From: a virus
Taxonomy: Duplodnaviria > Caudoviricetes
IMG/VR virus record: IMGVR_UViG_3300025653_004519
Coordinates: 1 to 52,464 of that record
Length of the DNA stretch: 52,464 bases
Reading direction: 5' to 3' (one strand)
Of this stretch, positions 37,165 to 46,333 are shown in pieces. The notes beneath the pieces are model-generated. The model made no database searches, was not told the origin of the DNA, and saw only the letters and a list, made by a program, of their open reading frames with translations. The stretch's first letter is position 1. The number at the start of each line of letters is the position of its first letter. The translations under genes and the position numbers were made by a program.

Positions 37165-37824
37165 TTATATAATATTTTTTTTGTTATCTAAGTATTTAAA
37201 CCGAGGGTGTAGGTCTTTATTTAATAATTCTTCATCTATATCAAGATTCCATGATTTTATTATAGATAATGATTTATTTCTATCTTCTCCATATAAATCT
37301 TCGTACCAAGTAATATCAATTTTTAATTTTTTTGATAATAGTAGCAGTTCTGATTTCATTAAATATAAATGAGTGTGAATATTATTAGTAATAAACTTTT
37401 GTATATATGATTTTGGTATTTCACTTTCTTGCCACTTTGTGTTAACAGAAGATTTATTTTCTATTTTATAAGTAAGATTAATAAAACTATTTAAATGTTC
37501 TATTAGGTTTTTTCTATCTAACAAAATTATTTTATCAAAGTATTTTGTAAAATCAAGCTGATGTTGAAAATAAATTGTAGGGTTTATGTGGGGAAATGGA
37601 TAAAATTCAACAGATTCTTTTTTAGATGTTGGTATATCCCACATTAATTGTTTTACTACAACATCATTACTTTCGGTTAATTCTTTTAATGGATATGGAT
37701 AATTATGTATTTTTTTAGCATTATCTCCATATGGTTCAAAGAACCCTTTGCCTTTTTGTTTTTGGATATGGCGTAATAATGAGGTAGTTCCTGCTCTTGG
37801 TAACCCCAATATTAATAATTTCAT
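37165..37824 (-). CDS. Sulfotransferase-like protein (paralogue of 27641-28261)
   Basis: GLPRAGTTSL, EPY, IILLDR, YEDLYG. Confidence 0.75.
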   Translation of the reverse strand: MKLLILGLPRAGTTSLLRHIQKQKGKGFFEPYGDNAKKIHNYPYPLKELTESNDVVVKQLMWDIPTSKKESVEFYPFPHINPTIYFQHQLDFTKYFDKIILLDRKNLIEHLNSFINLTYKIENKSSVNTKWQESEIPKSYIQKFITNNIHTHLYLMKSELLLLSKKLKIDITWYEDLYGEDRNKSLSIIKSWNLDIDEELLNKDLHPRFKYLDNKKNII

Positions 37825-37827
37825 TTA

Positions 37828-37995
37828 CTATTTTATATGAGACCTGAATCCTAATACTGGTACATGGCCTGTGATTTCTATTTCTCTTTTCTTAATAAAT
37901 TGTTTAGATACTTTAAGAGTTTCTAAATCAGTTTCGTTCATTACCCAGTCTTTGAATAAGTAAGTTAGTAATTTACTTTTAATTGTTTTAATCAT
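37828..37995 (-). CDS. Small hypothetical protein (55 aa)
   Basis: Read by hand: MIKTIKSKLLTYLFKDW...GFRSHIK. Confidence 0.55.
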   Translation of the reverse strand: MIKTIKSKLLTYLFKDWVMNETDLETLKVSKQFIKKREIEITGHVPVLGFRSHIK

Positions 37996-38006
37996 AATTT
38001 TAAAAT

Positions 38007-38201
38007 TTATAGTATTTGTGATTTATCTATTAGTGTGTTTACAGTTCCTATTATACTACTACCATAATCTACTGATACTCTAACACAACCATTAAGGTCT
38101 GCATCCCATTCACATTGGTAGTTATTATCGGTAACAATTCCTTCTTGAATTTGTCCGTACTTGTTTTCAAATTTTACTTTATCGTTTACTTTAACATTCA
38201 T
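38007..38201 (-). CDS. Small SH3/KOW-like beta protein
   Basis: VKVNDKVKF...EGIV; first gene after an early promoter. Confidence 0.5.
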   Translation of the reverse strand: MNVKVNDKVKFENKYGQIQEGIVTDNNYQCEWDADLNGCVRVSVDYGSSIIGTVNTLIDKSQIL

Positions 38202-38220
38202 ATCTTAATTATTTACATAG

Positions 38221-38252
38221 TAAATATACGAAAAATAAATGAGAAAAACAAG
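38221..38252 (-). promoter_or_regulatory. Bacteroidota-type early promoter
   Basis: CTTG-N20-TATATTTA. Confidence 0.7.
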
Positions 38253-38289
38253 CTTTTTTTCAATTATTTTATGTTAATATTATGTTAAA

Positions 38290-38796
38290 TTATTTACTAT
38301 GAACAACCCAATTTTCTACTATATACGAAGAGTTTGATTCAGTAGATAATGAATAAACAGGTTCATCTTTACAAGAAATAAATGTAATATCATTAACAGT
38401 TGTCCATCTGTTGTTATCTTTTAGTATAACATCATTTGTTTGAAAAATTTCTTCAGGAGTACCAGTACTATATGGTTTTATTGTTGAAAGTGGTGTGATT
38501 GCTCTCCAACCCATTAATGTTAAAAATGAAACTGTTGGTGTAAATTTAATAGATAAATTATTAAAAGAAAAATATCCAATTTTATTATATCCAACACTTT
38601 CGTTTAATTCAATAAAATCACTTAACTTTTTATCAGAATAATTTTTTTTTACTTTTGAATATGTCCATTCTTCTGATAAATCATCCCAAGAAGCAACCGT
38701 ATCTCCTTTTTTAACATCAGATATATTTACTTCATCTAATAAAGAAGAATTTCTGTTAAGTATCTTTACTTTACAGGAACCTAAAAAGTATGCCAT
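38290..38796 (-). CDS. Stand-alone degenerate Hint-domain protein
   Basis: NISDVKKGDTV, GW, PVYSL...SSYIVENWVVHS; no Cys1, block-B His or terminal Asn. Confidence 0.7.
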   Translation of the reverse strand: MAYFLGSCKVKILNRNSSLLDEVNISDVKKGDTVASWDDLSEEWTYSKVKKNYSDKKLSDFIELNESVGYNKIGYFSFNNLSIKFTPTVSFLTLMGWRAITPLSTIKPYSTGTPEEIFQTNDVILKDNNRWTTVNDITFISCKDEPVYSLSTESNSSYIVENWVVHSK

Positions 38797-39153
38797 CTAT
38801 ATAACTTTTTTTATTTGTTTATTTTTTATTTTTTTTCTACTCCTTGAAAGTGTTGTTATATATTTTTTAATTTTTCCACACATTCTATAATCTTCTGCTT
38901 TCAAAAACCAATCAGTAGCCACTTCTAAAAATTCATCATATTCATAATCATTAATTACAATTGCATTACCTGCATTTGGATGAACTATCAGAACAATCTT
39001 TTCTTGATTTTTTCTAATAGCACTACATACTCTATCGGTAACTTGTTGGTAAACATGCACTCCATTTTCTTCTAAAAAGTTATCAACTCGTTTTGAGGTA
39101 CCAGGTATAAGGTACTTTCTCCAATCAACTGTATTTAATAATCTCTGCTTCAT
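38797..39153 (-). CDS. Hypothetical protein with UVR-like C-terminal motif
   Basis: AEDYRMCGKIK. Confidence 0.55.
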   Translation of the reverse strand: MKQRLLNTVDWRKYLIPGTSKRVDNFLEENGVHVYQQVTDRVCSAIRKNQEKIVLIVHPNAGNAIVINDYEYDEFLEVATDWFLKAEDYRMCGKIKKYITTLSRSRKKIKNKQIKKVI

Positions 39154-39157
39154 TCTA

Positions 39158-40219
39158 TTAAAATCCCCCTGCTTTCCATCTCATAGTTGCTGAGTTCCAA
39201 GTGTATCGTGTTCCTTGATAAAACCTTTGTTCACCAGGAAAGTTACCAGGTGTATCAAAGGGTTGGTATTGGTTTCTTGGTTTTTTATTACCAAATAATC
39301 CACCAGTTGATTGAGCATTTTCAGCTTGTTGCCTTCCTCTTTCTCTTAATCTATTAAAAAATCCTTTTTGCTCATTATCTAAATCAAAATCAAGTTCACT
39401 ATCTTGGAATCCAAAATTTTCAACACCTGTTATGTTACTTCCTTGATATTGTGAAATACTAAAATCTGTTCTTTCTTGTATCTTAATTGTACCACCTTTA
39501 AAATTTCGTGTATTAGATATATCTAGTAATTCATCTCCTGATGCAACTTCCCATTTACCCATTTGATTTACATCTCTTAGTTCTACATTTTGTTTATTTT
39601 CTGCAGGAGATAGTAACCACTCAATGTGAGCTCTAAGTGTTGGAATATCTGAAATAGAATCTGTTACTGTTACTGCAGCATACTCTTCTTTACTTTTAAA
39701 TATTTCATTTAACCAATACTCACCTTCCTCTATTTCTTTAAAAACTATATCTAATAAACTAGGATATCTTTTTTCAAATTCAGCTGTTTCATTAGCTCTT
39801 TTAATATCTTCTTCTAATCTATTAATATTAGGATTCGTTTCATCATTAATATCTGATGATGTTTCTATCTCATCTAATTTAAATAAGTTTTCAGAACTAT
39901 CGTTGTGGAATTTACCTGTCATTTTAATCCCACCATCCATTTCATGATAGTAACCAACAAATGAGGTTCCATCTGATAAATAAAATTCATCACCAGATGT
40001 ATATTTTGCTTTTGTTGTTGGAGGTTTTAAAATATCAATTTGTATTGGTTTTGGTTTTAGGGGATTTACTATTGAACCAATACCACCCCCACCATAGAAA
40101 TTTCCTATACTAATTCCACCTTCGAATCCGCCTCCATCAAAATCACCAAGCATAGATTCGTTTCTATCTCTCTGCTTAAAATATTCCTCTAAATTTAAAT
40201 CAGGTACTTTGTATTCCAT
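39158..40219 (-). CDS. Putative late/virion protein
   Basis: Late motif and AAGGA; Gly-rich N-terminus; YTSGDEF...FVGYYH. Confidence 0.55.
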   Translation of the reverse strand: MEYKVPDLNLEEYFKQRDRNESMLGDFDGGGFEGGISIGNFYGGGGIGSIVNPLKPKPIQIDILKPPTTKAKYTSGDEFYLSDGTSFVGYYHEMDGGIKMTGKFHNDSSENLFKLDEIETSSDINDETNPNINRLEEDIKRANETAEFEKRYPSLLDIVFKEIEEGEYWLNEIFKSKEEYAAVTVTDSISDIPTLRAHIEWLLSPAENKQNVELRDVNQMGKWEVASGDELLDISNTRNFKGGTIKIQERTDFSISQYQGSNITGVENFGFQDSELDFDLDNEQKGFFNRLRERGRQQAENAQSTGGLFGNKKPRNQYQPFDTPGNFPGEQRFYQGTRYTWNSATMRWKAGGF

Positions 40220-40236
40220 TTATAATATTCCTTTTA

Positions 40237-40245
40237 TATAAATAT
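40237..40245 (-). promoter_or_regulatory. Putative late promoter ATATTTATA
   Basis: Repeated intergenic motif. Confidence 0.7.
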
Positions 40246-40256
40246 TATAAATTATA

Positions 40257-40421
40257 TTAGTTGGTAAGTGTGTAATATGCTTTTTCTATTGCTTCGTGTA
40301 TGGTAAGAAAGGGGTCATCTTTTCTGAGTTGCGAAACAGTTTTCCACAATTCATCCTTAATTCCTAATGAATGTGATTTATATAATAGTTCTTCTGAATA
40401 TTCTTCGCTTGTAAATCCCAT
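40257..40421 (-). CDS. Small late protein (54 aa)
   Basis: Read by hand: MGFTSEEYSEELLYK...; perfect AAGGAGGT RBS. Confidence 0.65.
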   Translation of the reverse strand: MGFTSEEYSEELLYKSHSLGIKDELWKTVSQLRKDDPFLTIHEAIEKAYYTLTN

Positions 40422-40442
40422 TGATACAACCTCCTTGTATTA

Positions 40443-40451
40443 TATAAATAT
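40443..40451 (-). promoter_or_regulatory. Putative late promoter ATATTTATA
   Basis: Repeated intergenic motif. Confidence 0.7.
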
Positions 40452-40453
40452 AG

Positions 40454-40909
40454 TTATCCTAAAAATTCATCATCATAAAACTGAATTTTTACTCCAGCTT
40501 CTTCTAACATTTTCCAACTTCTTTCGTAGTTTTCTTCCCAATGGTCTCCTTTGGTAGTATTACCTCGTTCACAAAAGATTCGTGTAATACCAGCATTGAT
40601 AATTCCTCTTGCACAATCACAACAAGGAATACCACAACTTAGATACATTGTACAACCTTTAGTTGATACTCCTATTCGAGCTGCATTGTAGATAGCGTTT
40701 CTTTCACCATGTTCAAACCAAAAGTATTTTTCTGGTCTTTCTTGTCTTTCTCTGATGTTATCTTGTAAACCTCGTGGGAATGAGTTATAACCAGTAGATA
40801 CAATTTCCTTATCCTTACCAACAATGATTGCACCAATTTTAGTATTTTCATCTTTGGATTTAAGTTTGACTGTGTGAGCCAATGTTCTAAAGTATTCTAC
40901 CCATCTCAT
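40454..40909 (-). CDS. dCMP deaminase
   Basis: STGYN, HGERNA, PCCDC. Confidence 0.9.
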   Translation of the reverse strand: MRWVEYFRTLAHTVKLKSKDENTKIGAIIVGKDKEIVSTGYNSFPRGLQDNIRERQERPEKYFWFEHGERNAIYNAARIGVSTKGCTMYLSCGIPCCDCARGIINAGITRIFCERGNTTKGDHWEENYERSWKMLEEAGVKIQFYDDEFLG

Positions 40910-40918
40910 ATTATATAA

Positions 40919-41122
40919 TTATATTGGTTCCCAAATTGCTTCTTCTATTGTTTCACAAAAATAATAAACACCGTCTCTTTGAACTTTAAAAGTAGTATCA
41001 ACTCCTAACCATTCTTTTATCATACTTACATTCTTACACCTTTCGATTGGTATAATTGCATGAATAACATATGGTGTGTTGTTAATATATTGTATCGGTC
41101 TTTTATAAGAAGGGAATCTCAT
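40919..41122 (-). CDS. Hypothetical protein (nearly leaderless)
   Basis: ATG lies 5 nt from the -7 box. Confidence 0.55.
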   Translation of the reverse strand: MRFPSYKRPIQYINNTPYVIHAIIPIERCKNVSMIKEWLGVDTTFKVQRDGVYYFCETIEEAIWEPI

Positions 41123-41127
41123 TTATG

Positions 41128-41159
41128 TAAATATACGAAAAATATTTTAATTGGCCAAA
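41128..41159 (-). promoter_or_regulatory. Bacteroidota-type early promoter
   Basis: TTTG-N20-TATATTTA. Confidence 0.8.
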
Positions 41160-41191
41160 CTTTTTAACAGTTTTTTATTATTATTCATCTA

Positions 41192-41857
41192 CTAAGAATA
41201 TTGTTGTAACAATCTTAATATCTCATCTAATGATTCGTGTCTGTGATTATCTAAAAGAGTTACTGCATAAACATACTTAGATTCCTTAACCTTTGGTACT
41301 TCATGTATCGCTGAATCATTAGCAAACTTTAAATCAATTTGTTGTGGGTCTCCTGTAAGAATCATAGTTGATTTTTTTCCTAATCTACCCAATACCATAC
41401 CAAGTTGTTGTTTAGTTAAGTTCTGAAACTCATCTACAATCACACAAGCATTATCAAAAGTTCTACCTCTAAAGTGAGATAGTGATACTAACTCAATGTG
41501 TTCATCTGATTCCATCTTTTGTAATATAGTTGGTTTGTTGTAAACCTTTCTCATATTAGAACGAATAGGAACTAACCAAGGTTCCATCTTCTCATCAAGT
41601 GAACCTGGTAGATATCCATTATCTTCATTTGATACTGTTGGTCTTGTTATAACTATTTGATTTATCTTACGAGTAAAAAACATATCTAATGCAATTTGTA
41701 CCGCAAGAAGTGTTTTACCACTACCAGCTTTACCCATTATGAAGTTATATGGATGATATAAGATGTTGGTCTTTGCCATCTTTTGTTCTTCAGATAAAGT
41801 TATTGAAAACTTTATTTTACCCTTTGGGGCTTGTTTGTTAACATTTTGTGTTGCCAT
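41192..41857 (-). CDS. phoH: PhoH-family ATPase
   Basis: GKAGSGKT, GYLPG, RGRTF, DEFQN, GDPQQID. Confidence 0.92.
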   Translation of the reverse strand: MATQNVNKQAPKGKIKFSITLSEEQKMAKTNILYHPYNFIMGKAGSGKTLLAVQIALDMFFTRKINQIVITRPTVSNEDNGYLPGSLDEKMEPWLVPIRSNMRKVYNKPTILQKMESDEHIELVSLSHFRGRTFDNACVIVDEFQNLTKQQLGMVLGRLGKKSTMILTGDPQQIDLKFANDSAIHEVPKVKESKYVYAVTLLDNHRHESLDEILRLLQQYS

Positions 41858-41866
41858 TTTATTCCT

Positions 41867-42307
41867 TTATATTTTTACCCATCCAGCTTTTTGCTGTACT
41901 CTTATACTATTTTTATTCCAATCATCAACCTCACATTTAAGTTTATCAATACCCAACTGTTTTGATAATACCAACATATACTTTTTTAATTGTAGTCCAT
42001 ATCCTTTATTAGTATGGAGTTTTGAAACAAATAAATTATGAGTAGTTTTTGTATTAACATCTAACCAATTCCATCCACATATTTCATTATCTAATATTAG
42101 TGTTATAAGCTTCCAACCACTATTAAATCTGGTTTTAGCATCTTCTATATCCCACATACCATCCCATTCAATCTCTGAATTAAATGTATCTATTCCTTTT
42201 TGTAATGCGATATAGTCTCCATTAAATAGGGAAATATTTGCAGGCTGAATTTCTGATGTTGGGGGGTTTTCTAAAAGATTGTATTCGAAATGAAGTTTGT
42301 GACCCAT
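41867..42307 (-). CDS. GNAT acetyltransferase
   Basis: LFVSKLHTNKGYG, N..S....KAGW. Confidence 0.8.
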   Translation of the reverse strand: MGHKLHFEYNLLENPPTSEIQPANISLFNGDYIALQKGIDTFNSEIEWDGMWDIEDAKTRFNSGWKLITLILDNEICGWNWLDVNTKTTHNLFVSKLHTNKGYGLQLKKYMLVLSKQLGIDKLKCEVDDWNKNSIRVQQKAGWVKI

Positions 42308-42328
42308 TAATTAAAACTTTATGTTTAA

Positions 42329-42337
42329 TATAAATAT
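42329..42337 (-). promoter_or_regulatory. Putative late promoter ATATTTATA
   Basis: Repeated intergenic motif. Confidence 0.65.
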
Positions 42338-42364
42338 TATAACCACATATTAATTAAGTGGTTG

Positions 42365-42991
42365 TTATAAAATATTTTTTTTATTACTAAACCCAATGTT
42401 TGTTGTTAATGTCCATCTTTCACTATCTGTAAGATTTGGTTGAGAACGATGCCAGATTGCAGAATCAAATATTAAAACATCCTCTTGTTTTACCTTAACC
42501 TCTTCCCATAACCAAGAATCATTAGTTTTTAAATATTTTTTTCTATGAGAATAATAAGGGTTTTTAAATTCAATATTACCACCATTTTTTGGTAACTCAA
42601 TATAAAGACAAGCAACAACAACTGAATCATTGTGTGAGTGTTGTCTTACATAACCATCTTTACCATATCGAGAAAACCAAGCGTTTTGTATTTCTAATTC
42701 ATATTCATTTGGGTATTTTAAATAATCGAATACAAATTTTTTACAAATTGGTTTAATAAAATTATAGTAGTTTTTTAATTCAGGGAGTTGATGTGTTGGT
42801 AAAATTTGATTTTCAAAAGAAGTAACTCCATTTTCTTCAAGATGATGTTGGTGTGGATGAGATACTAATTTTTCTGCTATTGGTTTTATAGTTGTCCAAT
42901 CTAATTTATATTGAGATTTAACCGCAGAATTTTTAAATAAATGAATATTCATTACTTTGTTATATTTTTTATTTTTAATTTTGTTTCCCAA
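42365..42991 (-). CDS. 2OG-Fe(II) oxygenase, HxH type (start probably ATG at 42952)
   Basis: W...HSH...LY...GNIEF...LIFDSAIWH...R..LTTN. Confidence 0.8.
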   Translation of the reverse strand: MGNKIKNKKYNKVMNIHLFKNSAVKSQYKLDWTTIKPIAEKLVSHPHQHHLEENGVTSFENQILPTHQLPELKNYYNFIKPICKKFVFDYLKYPNEYELEIQNAWFSRYGKDGYVRQHSHNDSVVVACLYIELPKNGGNIEFKNPYYSHRKKYLKTNDSWLWEEVKVKQEDVLIFDSAIWHRSQPNLTDSERWTLTTNIGFSNKKNIL

Positions 42992-43350
42992 TATTTTTTA
43001 TTACCATACCAATGAAGTACTTCTTCTCCTTTTTTTATATCCTTGACAGCATAAAACTGAATAATTTTTTTATCAAGTATTTGTCTCCAAGTAGCATTAT
43101 AATTATCAGAGTGATTGTAAATACAACCATACCCCAATGGTAAAACTTGTTCTATATCTCCACTCTCAGTTTTCCATTTAAATTTATAATCCATAAAGAG
43201 GTGGGGTAAAAATCCTTTCTTAAGTGGTATTTTTATAATATAGCAATCTTCTATGATTTCATCTTTCTTAATATCATCTGTTGCAAATACACCATATCCA
43301 TGTATTGAGGAATCTCTTACTTCTAGTTTTTTTGGTTGTATAAGTTTCAT
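42952..43350 (-). CDS. SET-domain lysine methyltransferase
   Basis: HGYGVFA, YNHS, DIKKGEEV..WY. Confidence 0.9.
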   Translation of the reverse strand: MKLIQPKKLEVRDSSIHGYGVFATDDIKKDEIIEDCYIIKIPLKKGFLPHLFMDYKFKWKTESGDIEQVLPLGYGCIYNHSDNYNATWRQILDKKIIQFYAVKDIKKGEEVLHWYGNKKYWETKLKIKNITK

Positions 43351-43878
43351 TTATATTAATGTTGTGGTCTGATAAAAATCTTTTTCTGTTAGGAAAATTG
43401 TTAATGAGAATCGTTCTCCATCAATAACCTCGGTTACTTCATGAATATCTGAACTGCTGAATAAAGAATATGAACCAAGGTCTCTATTTTGTGGTTTATC
43501 CTTTACTATCAAATCACCTCCAATATAACTATTTGGATTTGATAGTTGGATTACAAGTGTTTTAACAATAACATCATTAGCGTACTTTGTAAAATCAGTA
43601 TGTTTTTCAAAATAATCACCTTTAGAGTATTTAACTATTTTTACTGCTTGTTTAGTGATTGACTTAATATTAAGAATGTTAAGTTTTTTAAGAATGAATG
43701 ATATTAAAGATTTGTTATAACAATCAATATAATGTGCACTTGCGTTTCTTTTTATTGATATTGTCTCATTGTTTGGAAGATTTACAACAAGCGGTTTATT
43801 TCCGTCTAATGCCGTATCCTTGTTATAAAAAGATTTAATATAATCACATTCTTCTTTAGTGAATATGATATTTTGCAT
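43351..43878 (-). CDS. 2OG-Fe(II) oxygenase (prolyl-hydroxylase/PKHD-like)
   Basis: Y..GDYF.KHTD, YIGGDL, HEVTEV..GERFSL. Confidence 0.85.
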   Translation of the reverse strand: MQNIIFTKEECDYIKSFYNKDTALDGNKPLVVNLPNNETISIKRNASAHYIDCYNKSLISFILKKLNILNIKSITKQAVKIVKYSKGDYFEKHTDFTKYANDVIVKTLVIQLSNPNSYIGGDLIVKDKPQNRDLGSYSLFSSSDIHEVTEVIDGERFSLTIFLTEKDFYQTTTLI

Positions 43879-43883
43879 AAAAG

Positions 43884-44027
43884 TTAATCTATGTGTTTTG
43901 CCTTGAAGTATGTTACAAAGTTAGATAAAGTAGTATTTATGTTTTGTTTTGTAGTATCATCTACTGATACTGTTCTTCTTGTATCAATATCTTCTTGTGA
44001 AAATGTCTTATATATTGTTACGCTCAT
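43884..44027 (-). CDS. Small Thr-rich protein (47 aa)
   Basis: Read by hand: MSVTIYKTFSQEDIDTRRTVSVDDTTKQNINTTLSNFVTYFKAKHID; AAGGAG RBS. Confidence 0.65.
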   Translation of the reverse strand: MSVTIYKTFSQEDIDTRRTVSVDDTTKQNINTTLSNFVTYFKAKHID

Positions 44028-44038
44028 TTTAACTCCTT

Positions 44039-46333
44039 TTATTTGTTATGTACTATAATTCCATTCGCGATATACGAACTCAAATCTTTTACAGTAATGT
44101 TATATACCTTTTCTGATGCATCGGAACGAACTACTTTAATAGATTCTATTTCTATCCACTCTCCATCATGAGATATAGAATCACCAACTTTTAATTCAAG
44201 TGGTTCTTGTTCTGATTTATATGGTTCTTGGTTAGAATCAGGTACAAGAGATTTCCATACAAATGGACCACCTTCAACAGTTTCATCAGCTGTAAGGAAT
44301 GGATGTTCTGGTGTAAATTCTATACCAGTATCGTTAATTGTATAAAGAGATGGTTCATCTCCTAATGATTTACATGCTTCAGCGTGAGATGCAACTGTAT
44401 GTGAACTATCTACTGCGATTACTTCTCCATCAGCTAAATCATCATTAGTACTATCCCATCCTTTTACAACATCACCTACAACGATATCTTCAATATTTTT
44501 TTCACTATCATCTGCCAATGTAATCTTAGTACCAGCCGCAAAACAAGTTGGACCTGGTAAGGATTTAATATTGTGTACCAATAAATCTTCTGCAAAGTAT
44601 GTATGGTCATCTTTTACATCAATCAAGTGGAATACTTCAAATTCTCCGTCTAAAACTTCTCTTTCAGATAATTTTACTAACTCACCATTTTTGTTAAATA
44701 AAGAATCGCCAATTACTAATTCTTCAGCAGCTTTCCATCCACCATTTGTATATATCTTATGTCTTGGTGTTGATTTAATTTCTTCACCATTATCAGTAGT
44801 TAATTTAATTAACTTATTTTGAGTTGTAACTCTAATAGTTCCAACCTTTCCTGCTCCATATTCTTTCTTATCATTATTATATGTTAATAATATATCACTT
44901 GTGGTTATATCTTCAATATTTTTATAAGTACCATCTTCTAATAAAATTTTAGTTCCTGCAGGGAAACAGTTGTGAGTAATAATTTTTAAGTTGATATCAC
45001 CATCCTTAAGAATAAATGTATCTGTACTTTCTAAATCTAAAATATATGTTTTATGGTCTCCTTCTAAAACTTGAATATCTTTTGATGAAATATTTACTAA
45101 ACTACCTGTTGTATCAAGTAATTTATCATTAGAAATATCTAAATCATAAATATCTTTATATCTTAATTTGTCTCCAGCTGTATCGTATATTAAAAGGTGT
45201 TGGTTAGCTTGTGCTCTGAAAGTTGCTCCTGTATCTGTTTCTAATTCATAAATTAATTTTCTTGGTAAATCTTCTGATATTGAATTTACAAGTGCAGAAG
45301 ATGTTGTATATGAACCAGATGGGAATGAACTACCTGGTGATGACCAGCTTGTAAACACATCTACTGAATCGGAATCGGGTGCTCCTTCTATATATGTTGA
45401 TTTATATCTATTACCAACTACCGTGTCTTTTACTTTAACCGCAGTACCATCTTCATTTACAATTTCTTCTTCCTCAAATATACCACCATATCCATTAAAT
45501 ATTGGGAAGTTAGTTGCAAATTCATAATAGTGTTTTGTATCTACTAAGTTACTACTACCCGATGTGGTTAATGTAGTTGCTTTTTGTAATATAGCATCAA
45601 CTTCAACAGTTGCAAGATTCATTAAACTTAAATCAGTACCATATATTATATTAAATGAACGAATTGAAGATGCAACAGATGCATCAGTATCATTGTAGTA
45701 GTTCATTACAATTGAACCACTCGCTGCACTACTACTAACAAAAGCATCAACTTTTTCAGTTATTGTACCACTTGATTGTAGTTTGTAAAACTTTAAAGAG
45801 TGTTTAGGGTTTTCAACATCTTTAACAACAACATCAGGTATATTAGATGCATTCTCACTTCTTAAAAGTGTATCAACTTGATGTTCAGATGTGTTTTGAA
45901 ACATATTTGGTATAGAACCTGTATCGTTGTTATCGTAATATAATTTTAATAACTCATCATCTTGCTTACAATAAGTACTATCAAATATTGCAGATTCATC
46001 ATATGCTAATCGTAATATAAATTTACTATCACTATCAGCAACAGAAGTAGGATATATAGTTGAGTATGCCTCAGGATGAGTTACATAACTACCTGTAAAT
46101 CCATTTACTGCTAAACTCTGTGATAATTCACTTACGAAATTATCGTGAACAACACTTTTATAAATTACATTTACTTCATCAATATTACTAGATGAAATTA
46201 GATTAAAAAATTCGGTGAAATCAGTATTGTGCAATGCACCACTTGTAAAGGCAGTATCTGTGTTAAATTCTAATAATCTTAAGTTATCAGAACTGTCTTT
46301 TACAAAATCAGCTGAGAATAAAGTACCTTTCAT
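44039..46333 (-). CDS. ATP-grasp-like domain plus three tandem Hint (intein-like) domains
   Basis: N-terminal LFSADF...LLEFNTDT; Hint ends THN, VHN, VHN; Hint starts CFPAGT (aa 456) and CFAAGT (aa 597); TPRH and TPEH block-B motifs. Confidence 0.8.
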   Translation of the reverse strand: MKGTLFSADFVKDSSDNLRLLEFNTDTAFTSGALHNTDFTEFFNLISSSNIDEVNVIYKSVVHDNFVSELSQSLAVNGFTGSYVTHPEAYSTIYPTSVADSDSKFILRLAYDESAIFDSTYCKQDDELLKLYYDNNDTGSIPNMFQNTSEHQVDTLLRSENASNIPDVVVKDVENPKHSLKFYKLQSSGTITEKVDAFVSSSAASGSIVMNYYNDTDASVASSIRSFNIIYGTDLSLMNLATVEVDAILQKATTLTTSGSSNLVDTKHYYEFATNFPIFNGYGGIFEEEEIVNEDGTAVKVKDTVVGNRYKSTYIEGAPDSDSVDVFTSWSSPGSSFPSGSYTTSSALVNSISEDLPRKLIYELETDTGATFRAQANQHLLIYDTAGDKLRYKDIYDLDISNDKLLDTTGSLVNISSKDIQVLEGDHKTYILDLESTDTFILKDGDINLKIITHNCFPAGTKILLEDGTYKNIEDITTSDILLTYNNDKKEYGAGKVGTIRVTTQNKLIKLTTDNGEEIKSTPRHKIYTNGGWKAAEELVIGDSLFNKNGELVKLSEREVLDGEFEVFHLIDVKDDHTYFAEDLLVHNIKSLPGPTCFAAGTKITLADDSEKNIEDIVVGDVVKGWDSTNDDLADGEVIAVDSSHTVASHAEACKSLGDEPSLYTINDTGIEFTPEHPFLTADETVEGGPFVWKSLVPDSNQEPYKSEQEPLELKVGDSISHDGEWIEIESIKVVRSDASEKVYNITVKDLSSYIANGIIVHNK

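Noticed and set aside
44039-45490. Selfish inteins or mobile element
   Set aside because: No homing endonuclease, no conserved host protein interrupted, and +1 residues Ile and Lys are incompatible with canonical splicing
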